The position numbers and the translations under genes are program-made. DNA of 64,000 nt from a virus: IMG/VR virus record IMGVR_UViG_3300020048_000062, positions 1 through 64,000 of that record. The stretch is one strand, 5' to 3'. The notes beneath the pieces are model-generated. The model was not told the origin of the DNA. It did no database searches and was given only the letters and a program-made list of their open reading frames with translations. Shown one piece after another: positions 44,963 through 55,346 of this stretch; position 1 is the first letter of the stretch; each line of letters starts with the position of its first letter.

Positions 44963-47752
44963 ATGGCAGATTTTGTATTCACCTCACCGGGTGTAAAATT
45001 TAAAGAACGTGACCTTACATTCGTAACACGTAATGTGGGCATAACAACATTGGGTCTTGTTGGCGAAACCCTTAAAGGTCCTGCCTTCGAACCTGTTTTT
45101 GTACAAGACAAAACTGAGTATGCTAATAGGTTTGGTGGACAAAGTGTTAAAAGATTTACAGATGGAAATCTTCAATATCAATTACCTTATGTGGCAAACT
45201 CATACTTAGAAGAATCAAACCAATTATGGGTAACCAGAGTATTGGGACTAAGCGGATTTGACGCTGGTAAAGCATGGGCAGTTACATTAAGTGCTGGCGC
45301 AGACCCTGCAACTATAGTACAAGGTGCAACAACAACTGGATTAGTAGCTACGTTTACTGACAACACTTATTTAGGTGTTACATTAAACGGTCTTGGCGAC
45401 ACAGGAGTAAGTTTCTCTGGTTTCACAAAAACTGGTGTAACAAGTTTCAGAGGCATATCTCATTCATTCGTAGTTACTGCTTATAACAGTACATACGGTA
45501 GTGGTACAACAAGTGGAAACTCAACAGTATTCACAGCCGTTGAATATTCTGCATATTCAAATATGGTACTTGGTATAATCAGAAGTAGAGCATATACACA
45601 GGATGTTGTGAATGCAGCACCAGTAAATGTAGTTAAAACAACTGCTCTTGCAATATCGGGAAATACTACTTTGGGTGGCATTGGCGATTTATTTGGAACA
45701 TTTAAGTTAGTTGCTACAAGTGGTGTGACTAAAGCAATTTATGTCACTTCATTGAATCCAGATGCATCTAGTTTCTTACCAAATGTAATTGGATTCGAAC
45801 CTAACGATAAGACAACTATGGTTTGGGTTGAAGCAACATATCCAGACCTCATTAAAAAACTTGACGGTGGTGGCGATGCTGTACCAAGTGGATTTACATC
45901 ATTTGGTTTACCAGCAGTTTTACCTTATGCATATGGTGTCAATGATAATTTAATTGAGTGTGATTCAGCATTCTTCACTAATTATAAAACACAATTTAAA
46001 ACTCCTGAGACTCCTTGGGTAGTATCACAAGTTAAAGGTAATTCAGTAAGCAGATTATTTAAATTTATCAGTATTTCTGATGGTAATGCAGCAAATCAAG
46101 AAATTAAGATTAGCATTCAGAACATTAACCCTATTACACTTGAATTTGACATTATTGTTCGTAACTTCTATGATACTGATGACAATGTAAGTGTACTAGA
46201 ATCATTCACAAGATGCGGTTTACTTAAAGGTAATAATAACTACGTTGGACAGCGTATTGGTACAACTGATGGTGAATATGACCTACAAAGCAAATATATT
46301 ATGATTGAGGTAGCTTCCGATATCACTGTGGGTGATTTTCCTGCTGGTTTCGAAGGTTATTTATTCAACAACTATGCTATGTCAGCCACAACTGGTACAT
46401 ATTCAGGTACTGCTCCAAAAATCTATTACAAAACGAAGTATAATGAAGACGAAAGAATTAAAAAAATATATTTAGGTGTTTCTGAAAATGCATACGATGC
46501 AGCTACAGTTGTCGGTACTGGTATTAATCAAAATTTCTTCAATTTTAATGGACAGGTTGCCACTGGTAGCCACGTTAAGACAAATGGTTTTCACATGGAT
46601 ATTGATGCATCTGGTGTAACTTCAAATGGTTATTCATTTGATTGTGGTGATGGTACATTCCAAACAATTGGCGATGTTCAAGACCCATTAAATCCATATT
46701 ACCTATTAGCATCCAGAAAATTCACATTTGCACCTTCTGGTGGTTTTGACGGATGGAATGTATATAGGTTTGTACGTTCATATGGTGATGATTATCGTCA
46801 AAACGGAATCTACGATGGTGTTGTTCCGAATTCAATTCCAACGAATGACTTCCAAGCATGGGAAACCGCAATTCAAACATATTCAAATCCAGAAGAAGTA
46901 ACAATTAACTTATTTGCTACCCCTGCAATCAACTGGTCAAATCAAAATATTTTGATTCAAAATACAATTGAAATGATTGAACAGCAAAGAACTGATACAC
47001 TATATGTAATCGATTCACCCGATGTATCTATTGACATAACAGTAGGTGATAATGGTAAGGCTGATGTTGTAGCAACACAAGATATTGCAGATTTACTAGA
47101 TACAGCAGATATTGATTCAAGTTATGCTACTACTTATTTCCCTTGGATTCAAATGAGAGATACACAGAATAATGTTAATGTTTATATTCCACCAACAGGA
47201 GAGGTAGTGAGAGCAATGGCATATACTGACAACACTTCATTTCCTTGGTTCGCACCAGCAGGTCTTAACCGTGGTGTAACGAACGCAAGAAAATCTAAGT
47301 ATAAACTATCACTTGAAGCAAGAGACGTGCTCTACGCTGGTAGAATCAATCCTGTGGCTGATTTTGCCGACACAGGAACAGCTATCTTTGGACAGAAGAC
47401 ATTACAAGTTAAAGAATCTGCACTTAATAGAATTAATGTACGTAGATTATTATTACAAGTAAAGGTTCTTATTGCCAACATTGCAGTTAGACTTTTATTT
47501 GAACAAAACGACCAAGCTACTATTGACCAGTTCTTATCTAAAGTAACTCCAATTCTCGATACAATTAAACGTGAAAGAGGTTTATTGGATTTCAGAATTA
47601 AAATGGATGATAGTAACAACACAACTGAAACTCGTGATAGAAATGAACTTTACGGTGAAATCTACTTGAAACCAACACGTGCATTAGAATTTATTGGAAT
47701 CACATTCACAATTACTCCTTCTGGCGCATCATTTAATGACGTTGGAGCATAA
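44963..47752 (+). CDS. Tail sheath protein (gp18-like)
   Basis: SPGV..KERD, GETLKGPAFEP, PWFAPAGLNRG, GQKTLQ, RINVRRLL, KPTRALEFI. Confidence 0.95.
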   Translation: MADFVFTSPGVKFKERDLTFVTRNVGITTLGLVGETLKGPAFEPVFVQDKTEYANRFGGQSVKRFTDGNLQYQLPYVANSYLEESNQLWVTRVLGLSGFDAGKAWAVTLSAGADPATIVQGATTTGLVATFTDNTYLGVTLNGLGDTGVSFSGFTKTGVTSFRGISHSFVVTAYNSTYGSGTTSGNSTVFTAVEYSAYSNMVLGIIRSRAYTQDVVNAAPVNVVKTTALAISGNTTLGGIGDLFGTFKLVATSGVTKAIYVTSLNPDASSFLPNVIGFEPNDKTTMVWVEATYPDLIKKLDGGGDAVPSGFTSFGLPAVLPYAYGVNDNLIECDSAFFTNYKTQFKTPETPWVVSQVKGNSVSRLFKFISISDGNAANQEIKISIQNINPITLEFDIIVRNFYDTDDNVSVLESFTRCGLLKGNNNYVGQRIGTTDGEYDLQSKYIMIEVASDITVGDFPAGFEGYLFNNYAMSATTGTYSGTAPKIYYKTKYNEDERIKKIYLGVSENAYDAATVVGTGINQNFFNFNGQVATGSHVKTNGFHMDIDASGVTSNGYSFDCGDGTFQTIGDVQDPLNPYYLLASRKFTFAPSGGFDGWNVYRFVRSYGDDYRQNGIYDGVVPNSIPTNDFQAWETAIQTYSNPEEVTINLFATPAINWSNQNILIQNTIEMIEQQRTDTLYVIDSPDVSIDITVGDNGKADVVATQDIADLLDTADIDSSYATTYFPWIQMRDTQNNVNVYIPPTGEVVRAMAYTDNTSFPWFAPAGLNRGVTNARKSKYKLSLEARDVLYAGRINPVADFADTGTAIFGQKTLQVKESALNRINVRRLLLQVKVLIANIAVRLLFEQNDQATIDQFLSKVTPILDTIKRERGLLDFRIKMDDSNNTTETRDRNELYGEIYLKPTRALEFIGITFTITPSGASFNDVGA

Positions 47753-47761
47753 CATTAAGAG

Positions 47762-47792
47762 GGAGACCTATTATCGTAATAGGTCTCCATTT
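47762..47792 (+). terminator. Hairpin/terminator after sheath
   Basis: ggagacctatta-tcg-taataggtctcc-atttc. Confidence 0.75.
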
Positions 47793-47830
47793 CTTCAATT
47801 AAATAATATTATTACATTAATATAAACATC

Positions 47831-48145
47831 ATGGCAAAAAATAAAACCATCGAATCAAAAAAAAATAACGAAGAACTTGAGATCGTACCCGAAGTTGAAT
47901 CAACTGTTGAGTCCATTGAAGAAATTATTGAAGTTCAAGAAGAGGCAATCGAACCAGAGGTAATCGAACCAACAATCGAACCAACAATCGAACCAGAGGT
48001 AATCGAACCAACAATCGAACCAGAGGTGATCGAACCTATTCTTGAAAAAGAAACAGAATTTCCAGCAGTGGAAGAAGTAATTGAACCAGAAAATAAACCA
48101 TTAACGTATTTCCAATTGAAGAACTTTAGGAGAAACGGCAGATAA
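47831..48145 (+). CDS. Small acidic protein with IEPT/IEPEV repeats
   Basis: 104 aa; 12/15-bp atcgaacca repeat units at 47948-48036. Confidence 0.7.
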   Translation: MAKNKTIESKKNNEELEIVPEVESTVESIEEIIEVQEEAIEPEVIEPTIEPTIEPEVIEPTIEPEVIEPILEKETEFPAVEEVIEPENKPLTYFQLKNFRRNGR

Positions 48146-48222
48146 TTCACAAAGTTTTTTAAATGTGAGTATTTATCAGAAAACATAAAAAATAATTATC
48201 ACAAAATAAACAATTTAACAAA

Positions 48223-48714
48223 ATGGCAGGAGAAATGATTAGGGGTATCCCTTTTGAATACGAACCAAAAAGAGTAAATAGATTCTTTGCGGAATTTGCA
48301 GATGAATTAGGTATTGAAGTATGGAAGGTACAAAAGTTCAAAAGACCTTCAATGAAGATTAATTCAGTTCCAATACCTTATATGAATGAACAGAATTATG
48401 TTGCAGGTAGATACACTTGGGATACAATGTCTTTGACATTTCTCGACCCAATCGGTCCTTCGACATCACAGCAGTTAATGGAGTGGGTTCGTCTTCATGC
48501 TGAATCACTTACAGGACGTATGGGATATGCTGCTGGCTATAAGAAAAACATCTACTTGAAGGCGTTAGACCCAACAGGTATTGAAGTTGAAAAATGGTTT
48601 TTGGAACAATGTATGATTACATCAATTGACTTTGGTGATAATGATTACGGAAATGATGAATTAACTAACATAACACTTGAGGTTCAGCCGTGGCGCTGCA
48701 TACTCAACAACTAA
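48223..48714 (+). CDS. Tail tube protein (gp19-like)
   Basis: EPKRVNRF, RP, YVAGRYTW, DPIGPS.SQ.LMEW, GYAAGYKK, DPTG..VEKW; downstream of sheath. Confidence 0.9.
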   Translation: MAGEMIRGIPFEYEPKRVNRFFAEFADELGIEVWKVQKFKRPSMKINSVPIPYMNEQNYVAGRYTWDTMSLTFLDPIGPSTSQQLMEWVRLHAESLTGRMGYAAGYKKNIYLKALDPTGIEVEKWFLEQCMITSIDFGDNDYGNDELTNITLEVQPWRCILNN

Positions 48715-48739
48715 TCAAGTAGTTACGAATAAAAGAATT

Positions 48740-48781
48740 AAAATGGATGACAAGTATTTATATTTGTTATCCATTTTTTTT
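48740..48781 (+). terminator. Terminator hairpin with a late promoter motif at its apex
   Basis: aaaatggatgacaa-GTATTTAT-atttgttatccattttttt. Confidence 0.75.
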
Positions 48782-49408
48782 ATGAAAACAGGAATATATA
48801 AAATAGAAAATAAAATCAATAATAAAGTATATATCGGAAGTGCCACTGATATTAAAAAAAGATGGCGTGACCACAGATGGTATTTAATTCACAATAAACA
48901 TCATAATTCACACTTACAGTCATCGTGGATAAAATATGGTATAGAATCATTTGAATTTTCAGTAATTTTAGAGTGTGAAATCGATGATTTATTAATTAAG
49001 GAATTAGAGCAAATATTAATACATAATTCATTTAACAATAAATTAGGATATAATGTTAATGACCCCGAACATACCTTTTTAAATAGAAAACACAGTGAAG
49101 AAACAAAACAGTTACTATCACAACTGAAATTAGGTGAAAAGAATCCAATGTTTGGAAAACGTGGAGATAAGCATCCGAAGTTTAATAAAGAAGTATCTAT
49201 TGAAAGTAGAAATAAAATGTCTTTGAGTCACATTGGAATACCTACAAACAGAAGAACACATACAAAATTAACTGAAAACGATGTAATTAATATTCGCAAG
49301 ATGTATCATGAAGATAAAATTTCACAACCAAACATTGCTTCTACCTTTAATGTATCTTATACTACTATAAATAAAATAATTAAAAATAAAATGTGGTTAA
49401 CCGTATAA
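48782..49408 (+). CDS. Free-standing GIY-YIG homing endonuclease (NUMOD3 + HTH)
   Basis: True start MKTGIYKIENKINNKVYIGS...R; KHSEETK; GEKNPMFGK; C-terminal KLTE.DV..IR HTH. Confidence 0.88.
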   Translation: MKTGIYKIENKINNKVYIGSATDIKKRWRDHRWYLIHNKHHNSHLQSSWIKYGIESFEFSVILECEIDDLLIKELEQILIHNSFNNKLGYNVNDPEHTFLNRKHSEETKQLLSQLKLGEKNPMFGKRGDKHPKFNKEVSIESRNKMSLSHIGIPTNRRTHTKLTENDVINIRKMYHEDKISQPNIASTFNVSYTTINKIIKNKMWLTV

Positions 49409-49414
49409 TACAAT

Positions 49415-50212
49415 TTAAGCAGCTTTGACTTCTTCTAATCTATTGTTTATTATTACGTTTGCATAATATTTTCTTTCTTTTGTTTCAATAATTTTATAAT
49501 TATCATTATTATGTGACAGCCATACTAAATATGATTTACCAAGTTTAATCGATGTGTTTCTTTCAATAATTTCTTTATATAGTTGAAGTTGTAGCGAATA
49601 TATTTCCAAGTCACAATCTTGTAGCATATATAATTCTTCTGAAAGATATCTTTCACCTTCTTCGAAAGAAAATTCTTTATTTGTTTTCCAATCCCAAATC
49701 TGATATTCCTGTGCTTTTACATTCCAAAATATAATATCACACATGCCTGCGATAAGTGCTTCCTTATCGTACATCACAAATTCGGTCTTTATTGGAATTA
49801 ATCTACCCCTAACATCATCATAGAATTTATCAACATGCTTTTTCGTAACATCATATTCTATTTTAATTGGGTCAAAGCCGAATTCATCTAAAATTAATTT
49901 CTTGGGGTATTCAAATACTTTATTCTGAAACTTTCTTTCAGCATAATCATGGATTATTGAACCCTTCATCGTGCCTTTCTTATTTATGAATCTCCATGCA
50001 CGCTTAACTTCCATTTGACTTACATTACCATAGTTAGCAGATTTACGTGCTGACCACAATTCTTCATCAAAATCTTCTTGATATCTATGAATCAATGTGG
50101 TAACAGATATCAATGGCTTACCGTCAACATAATATTTATGTGGCTCGTCATAGTAAGTCACATCGTCAAATGCAGTGAATAATTCATGTGGTATTGGAAC
50201 GTCAAATGTCAT
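49415..50212 (-). CDS. PD-(D/E)xK exonuclease (RecB/Cas4-like fold)
   Basis: ISVTT, GSIIH, E, GMCD, WDWKT, YSLQLQLY; host-type promoter TATCTTTG at ~50220-50227 (-). Confidence 0.8.
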   Translation of the reverse strand: MTFDVPIPHELFTAFDDVTYYDEPHKYYVDGKPLISVTTLIHRYQEDFDEELWSARKSANYGNVSQMEVKRAWRFINKKGTMKGSIIHDYAERKFQNKVFEYPKKLILDEFGFDPIKIEYDVTKKHVDKFYDDVRGRLIPIKTEFVMYDKEALIAGMCDIIFWNVKAQEYQIWDWKTNKEFSFEEGERYLSEELYMLQDCDLEIYSLQLQLYKEIIERNTSIKLGKSYLVWLSHNNDNYKIIETKERKYYANVIINNRLEEVKAA

Positions 50213-50235
50213 AATACTGCAAAGATAATGACATT

Positions 50236-51129
50236 TTAATTAATAACAATATTTTTATTGTAGATTGCAGTAAAATCTAATTTTTCTAAGTCGGAAATGA
50301 TTGCATTTTTATCTGCTGCAAGTCCTGAATATCCATGAACATGAGCAATTATAGCATTTCGCATTATATTCAATGCTTCCGCAATAACATCGCCCCTTCC
50401 AATTGGGTGTCCTTCTGCAAACATTTTATCCCTATCCTTTTGTTCAACACGTGCAGCTTTAAATTGTGGATTTCCACTGTGTGCAATCAATGCTATTTTA
50501 TCGGATGTGATTATAGTACTACTTTGAAATACGTTTGATGTTGTTGATTGTTCATAAACAAGACTAATCTCAGCAGGGTTTTTCGTGTTAAGTTTTAATA
50601 TGTTGTCGTTTTCATGTTTACCTGCACGAATATGTACTTCATTTAGTTTTAAGATAACATCAGTGTTCACTTTACCTATAATTGCAACATCAGTTACCGT
50701 TGGGAATACACCTTGTGCATCGGGAAGACTTGAGGGTGCTGGTTCAGGCGTTGAAAATCCTAAATTAGTAGTTGAAAGTGCTGTGAAGACAGAATCAAAA
50801 CCAATTTTCTGTGGCTGTGATATTATACTGCCCTGCCAGAATCTCGCTCTTTCAGGATATTTCATATTTTCAATGAAAATTCTTACAATTTCACCAACTT
50901 GAGGTATTACATGAAAGAATTTAGGTAGATTTGGATATGCCCAAGGTAAATCATCGTTCGAACTTCTATTATCGAGACCTTGTATTCTTACTTTGATTCT
51001 TCCACCATCTGTAGGGTCATCAATAGAAACCACTTCACCATAATATATTGTTCTGGTGAGTTCTACAGTACCGTTATCTCTTTGATAGGTACTATTACTT
51101 GATGTCTGCAAATATGGTTTTTCGTACAT
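50236..51129 (-). CDS. Baseplate central spike (gp5/VgrG-like OB-fold)
   Basis: YGEVVSIDDPTDGGRIKVRI...LPWA.P...IPQVGE.V; C-terminal HVH. Confidence 0.82.
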   Translation of the reverse strand: MYEKPYLQTSSNSTYQRDNGTVELTRTIYYGEVVSIDDPTDGGRIKVRIQGLDNRSSNDDLPWAYPNLPKFFHVIPQVGEIVRIFIENMKYPERARFWQGSIISQPQKIGFDSVFTALSTTNLGFSTPEPAPSSLPDAQGVFPTVTDVAIIGKVNTDVILKLNEVHIRAGKHENDNILKLNTKNPAEISLVYEQSTTSNVFQSSTIITSDKIALIAHSGNPQFKAARVEQKDRDKMFAEGHPIGRGDVIAEALNIMRNAIIAHVHGYSGLAADKNAIISDLEKLDFTAIYNKNIVIN

Positions 51130-51335
51130 TATCTCTTATCCATTTCTTCAATTAATGCAATGTAATTTTTTTCGAGTTGGTCAATAACTTTAAGCTTTTC
51201 ATTTATTATTTGTTCGAGATTATCTATCTCATGAGTATAATAAATAACTTCGAGTCTTAACGATTCATGTTTAACATTATTATCGTTAACCAATTTTAGT
51301 AATTCTGTTGGGGTATATTGTGCTAAATCTTCCAT
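51129..51335 (-). CDS. Small coiled-coil protein
   Basis: 68 aa, translationally coupled. Confidence 0.6.
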   Translation of the reverse strand: MEDLAQYTPTELLKLVNDNNVKHESLRLEVIYYTHEIDNLEQIINEKLKVIDQLEKNYIALIEEMDKR

Positions 51336-51745
51336 TATTGTATAACTCCATATCCTTTAGAAAAAATGATTGTTGAACCGAAAACTGACACAGGTCCTGT
51401 AGGCGAAATACCTGCTGCTGTGAGAGTTATCCCCGGGGGTATTGCTACCGTGATGATGGCTTCTGTCTGTAACGCCTTAACAATTTCCTCAATTCTTATT
51501 CGTTCCATTAGTTCATCTGGACTAACTGTTCCAGATGGTAAAACACCGACACTTAGTCCAGCTTCTGATTTTCTTGCAATAATACGTGACGCAATTTTTA
51601 TTGGTGACAATCCTGTACGCTGTGGCACACCTACTAAAATTAGCGGTGTAGGAACAGGGGGCGGACCGCCTATAGATGAGAGACTTAACACTCTATCAAA
51701 CCCTTCAATTATTGAATCAATACTACTAAAATCAATTGCCGACAT
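51335..51745 (-). CDS. Putative baseplate/spike-associated protein
   Basis: 136 aa near the gp5-like gene; beta-rich C-terminus. Confidence 0.5.
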   Translation of the reverse strand: MSAIDFSSIDSIIEGFDRVLSLSSIGGPPPVPTPLILVGVPQRTGLSPIKIASRIIARKSEAGLSVGVLPSGTVSPDELMERIRIEEIVKALQTEAIITVAIPPGITLTAAGISPTGPVSVFGSTIIFSKGYGVIQ

Positions 51746-51809
51746 TTTTTTTTTATTTTAACTATTTTTTAATCTTTAATGTTTATATATTTCAGTTCAA
51801 TACAATATT

Positions 51810-53138
51810 TTAGGGTGATATTGCTGCCAATACTTTACTGCCAGCAGTTAAGCTTTTAATTATTTGAAGGAATTGATTAATCTTCTCCTTTAATATTTTC
51901 TTAATTACAGGTGTTAATAATTTAATCATATATCCAACCGCAAGAAGAAATATGTATTCGGCAATCATCATTAAAATTTCCTTTACCATACAATGAATGA
52001 AAACTTTAAACTGTTTCATATACTCGGTTGCTGCCTGACTTACCACAACACCATTATCTTGAAATGCTTTCATCATTGTGAGCAACATTTTAATTTGTGG
52101 CTGTTGTGTTCCAGCATATAGCATTTGTGTTGTAAATATTTTTATGAGCTTTTGAAAGAACCCATCTTTTATCGTTTCTATGTTCTCTGACGTAGTTTCA
52201 GTATTACCTGTAGTACTTTCACCAATTGTGCTTTCAATTGCATTACCAACGAGGAATGTGTCTGTAGAGCCAGATATTAATATGTTGAGATTGTTCAAAG
52301 AAGTAAATGAGAGTGATGCTGGCATGAGACCACAACCTAAATCATAATTTACGATACCTTGTGATAATTCTAATGCATTTCTTTGTAATTCTTCATAATC
52401 TCTTGGTAAGATAGTCATCGAGTCATCACCATTCGTAATTTGCTCCAATACTTTCTGAACTTCGAGTTCCTGTAGGATTTCTGCCTGAGTTTTTTTACTC
52501 TTAGCTTTCAAAGTTCCATAGATTGTATCCATGACGTTTGCAACTACTTCATTTGAATCCAATAGTTGCGTTTTATCAATGAAATTCGTAAAGTAATCAC
52601 CAATATTAGTAACACCACTTGGTTTAAAGTTAAATGAATCTGTTGCATCATTATATATGACGTTCAGATTTAAGCCACCAAATGATACTGGCGTATTTTC
52701 CAAGCGAATTGCATCGTGAAATAGTTTATCTATATCAAATTTCTTCTGATATAAAAGGCTACCAACATCTGACGTTGGGTCAGTCTTAAATTTTCCAGCA
52801 ACATCAATATCTTTAACTTTAACATCAAGACCATTAGTAGTAAACCCAGTTGGAAGTAAATCACCAGAATTTGATTGAACAAATTGTTTTTTCAATACTT
52901 CTTTCATTTTAGTTTCACCACTGGCAACTAATTTAGTAATCATACCGCCAACCAACTCCTTCAATTTGTCGCTACCAGCGACATTTTTTAATGTATCAAG
53001 TAAAAATGGAACAACATCCTTCTTATTGTTAATAGAAGGAAAAACATCAGTTGGATTGAATGGCTTATTCTGCTCCATAAATGAAGTATACGAACCAATC
53101 GTAGTAAAAACCTTTCTTTTGTCGTCTTTTAAACTCAT
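51810..53138 (-). CDS. Hypothetical late protein
   Basis: 442 aa; amphipathic/hydrophobic C-terminus. Confidence 0.6.
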   Translation of the reverse strand: MSLKDDKRKVFTTIGSYTSFMEQNKPFNPTDVFPSINNKKDVVPFLLDTLKNVAGSDKLKELVGGMITKLVASGETKMKEVLKKQFVQSNSGDLLPTGFTTNGLDVKVKDIDVAGKFKTDPTSDVGSLLYQKKFDIDKLFHDAIRLENTPVSFGGLNLNVIYNDATDSFNFKPSGVTNIGDYFTNFIDKTQLLDSNEVVANVMDTIYGTLKAKSKKTQAEILQELEVQKVLEQITNGDDSMTILPRDYEELQRNALELSQGIVNYDLGCGLMPASLSFTSLNNLNILISGSTDTFLVGNAIESTIGESTTGNTETTSENIETIKDGFFQKLIKIFTTQMLYAGTQQPQIKMLLTMMKAFQDNGVVVSQAATEYMKQFKVFIHCMVKEILMMIAEYIFLLAVGYMIKLLTPVIKKILKEKINQFLQIIKSLTAGSKVLAAISP

Positions 53139-53542
53139 TATTTACCTTGTCTTTCTCTTTCTTTACGATCTACTTCATCCTTAACAATGTTGAGTAATTC
53201 ATTTCTTTGTTCGGCAGTAATATCACCAGACTCAGCTACTTTTCCACTGTCACTACCATTACCATTACTTGAACTACCACCATTTTTTTCATAAATAACT
53301 TCCTTTAAGTATTTTAGAAGCATTATCTTCTGATCTTGATTCTTAGCTTCGGCAGCTATAAGTTTTACGATTTGGTCACCAAGCGCAGCAATTTCACCAC
53401 CCTCTTTTACTTTGGCTTCCCATTTAGTAAAGAGTCTGGTAATTTTAGCTTTAACGTTATGTGAATCATCATAAATTTCTTGAAGTAGTTTATTTAAACT
53501 GTCTTCATTAAATTCTAATTTTTTTCTTGAGGGTCTTGGCAT
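53138..53542 (-). CDS. Helical late protein (possible terminase small subunit; unproven)
   Basis: 134-aa coiled coil; late motif at 53564-53571. Confidence 0.4.
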   Translation of the reverse strand: MPRPSRKKLEFNEDSLNKLLQEIYDDSHNVKAKITRLFTKWEAKVKEGGEIAALGDQIVKLIAAEAKNQDQKIMLLKYLKEVIYEKNGGSSSNGNGSDSGKVAESGDITAEQRNELLNIVKDEVDRKERERQGK

Positions 53543-53576
53543 CGGTTTATAGTTTTAGTACACATAAATACGCATT

Positions 53577-53614
53577 AATTGGGAACATGATAATTTTCTT
53601 ATCATGTTCCCAAT
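53577..53614 (-). terminator. Hairpin after the sigma-factor gene
   Basis: aattgggaacatgataa-ttttc-ttatcatgttcccaatt. Confidence 0.7.
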
Positions 53615-53618
53615 TGTA

Positions 53619-54497
53619 CTAATCTTCGTAGAAGTCTACTTTCTCAAAGAAGTATATCTCCTTAAACGGCTTTATCGCAATTCGTATTTCCTTTGTTGAA
53701 AGATTTGTCTGTTCTTTTAAAAATAACAGTATTTTATTCTTTGCAAACTTGTTTGTCACTCTTTTATTGAACTTTCCATCGGGACTATCTTCCATAAACA
53801 ATATGTGCCAATTTTTTAACACATTTATAATAGCATCACCAACAACAATTTCATTTTTCTTCATTGAAGTATCACCATCGATTTTTGTTTCGATTTTGGC
53901 AATGACATTGTTAATTAGTTTTTCAAGCTGATGTTGTGTTTCCAATTCCAATTCATAGCTATAATCAATATTTTCATTAATTTCGTCAGCATAATCATCA
54001 AATGACAGGTTTATCTTTTTTTCACTATAACTTTTTCTACCATGGTCTTTATAGTAATTTCTAATAATTGTTTGACAATAACTAAATGCTTTTGAAATGA
54101 ATATTCTATACTCGTAACCATCACACTCTTTTATTATTGACTGTAGTTTTTCTTCTGCATCTTCAACATAAATAAATCTATATCCATCACCCAACTTAAC
54201 CCATTTATCAACACCACCACCCATACGTTCAATAATGAATGGTCTGTACTTAATCATATGCTCAATTAAGTGTGTCAACGCATTTGATTCAACTTCTTCC
54301 ATATCATAGTTTCCTATATATATGGGATATCGTCTTAATATGGTTTCCTTCATTTTTCGAAAGGGTTCGATTAAAATCTGATTATAAATTTTATTCTTTT
54401 CTTCGAGTGAATTTGATAGAATATAATCTAAAACTGCCTGCTCTTCCCTTTCTGCAAAATATGGTGTACAACTTTCACTTTCTTTTTCTTTCATCAA
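53619..54497 (-). CDS. Late-transcription sigma factor (T4 gp55-like)
   Basis: YF..REEQAV..Y; I...F.KM.E.I; KAFSYCQTIIRNY resembles the gp55 region-2 motif (NPFAYFTQI-like). Confidence 0.7.
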   Translation of the reverse strand: MMKEKESESCTPYFAEREEQAVLDYILSNSLEEKNKIYNQILIEPFRKMKETILRRYPIYIGNYDMEEVESNALTHLIEHMIKYRPFIIERMGGGVDKWVKLGDGYRFIYVEDAEEKLQSIIKECDGYEYRIFISKAFSYCQTIIRNYYKDHGRKSYSEKKINLSFDDYADEINENIDYSYELELETQHQLEKLINNVIAKIETKIDGDTSMKKNEIVVGDAIINVLKNWHILFMEDSPDGKFNKRVTNKFAKNKILLFLKEQTNLSTKEIRIAIKPFKEIYFFEKVDFYED

Positions 54498-54524
54498 TTA
54501 TAAATTCAACTTATAAGATTATTT

Positions 54525-55322
54525 TTAAACAACAATCTGTTTAGGAAGTCTCGACATATCGATTACTCTATCGTTAGTAAAATTGGCTTCATTTGTTGCG
54601 GTATCGAACCAGAACTTACGTTCAGTTACTGGCATTTCTTTCTGGTAAACATCGAAGAGACTATCTTCACGTGTTGCCAAGTGTTTGTATCCGATTTTAG
54701 GCATTGAAAAAATTTTGCAAGCATTGTTTAATGCTCTTAAAAGGAACTCATACATAAAGGTAAGTTTGATGTTTGTTTTATACTTACCAATGTTTACGAA
54801 CTCTGATTTCTTGATGACTGCGCCACTAAGTTTAAAATCAGTGTATTGTTTTAATGCAGCAGCATTCAAATAACCCATTTCACCATTCTCGCCAACGAAC
54901 TGCTGCGCCCAAACGGTTTCGTTTGTTAGTTTTATGCCTTCGCTCTTATCATTAACTTCAATCATCATTGACAAGAATACGTCAATATTTGGATAAGCCT
55001 TGGTGTATGCAGCAGCATTTTTAAAATAGGTTGTACTAAACTCGTCATCAAATTCAAGTACCGTGAAGTACTCTGTTGTTACGCTATCAACTGCAAGGTT
55101 TACTTGTGATTGATAATCGGTTTTACCTTCATTCAATATGACGATAGGTTCAATACCTTCAACTGTTTTAATCTGAGGATAAACATCGGCAGGACATACG
55201 ATAATTACCGTAGGTGTTTCTGCTTTGTTTTCTTGTTTTACGATTGATTCAAGTGCTTTAGTTAAGTATTCTTGAATCTTTTCGTTATATTCGTGTACTG
55301 GTATTATTACTGAAATATTCAT
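54525..55322 (-). CDS. GT2-family glycosyltransferase
   Basis: ISVIIPV, YL..ALESI..Q, YFTVLEFDDEF. Confidence 0.8.
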   Translation of the reverse strand: MNISVIIPVHEYNEKIQEYLTKALESIVKQENKAETPTVIIVCPADVYPQIKTVEGIEPIVILNEGKTDYQSQVNLAVDSVTTEYFTVLEFDDEFSTTYFKNAAAYTKAYPNIDVFLSMMIEVNDKSEGIKLTNETVWAQQFVGENGEMGYLNAAALKQYTDFKLSGAVIKKSEFVNIGKYKTNIKLTFMYEFLLRALNNACKIFSMPKIGYKHLATREDSLFDVYQKEMPVTERKFWFDTATNEANFTNDRVIDMSRLPKQIVV

Positions 55323-55346
55323 TTGCTATATTGTTTTTAATTAAGA

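Noticed and set aside
47948-48036. Short repeats as a CRISPR-like or iteron array
   Set aside because: Units are 12 or 15 bp, in frame, without unique spacers; this is a coding repeat.
48677-48781. N-terminal 35 aa of ORF 48677..49408
   Set aside because: It overlaps the tube gene end and a terminator/promoter hairpin; the real start is probably ATG 48782.
49415-50212. Cas4/CRISPR system
   Set aside because: No Fe-S cysteine set, no other cas genes and no repeat-spacer array seen; it is an ordinary phage PD-(D/E)xK exonuclease.
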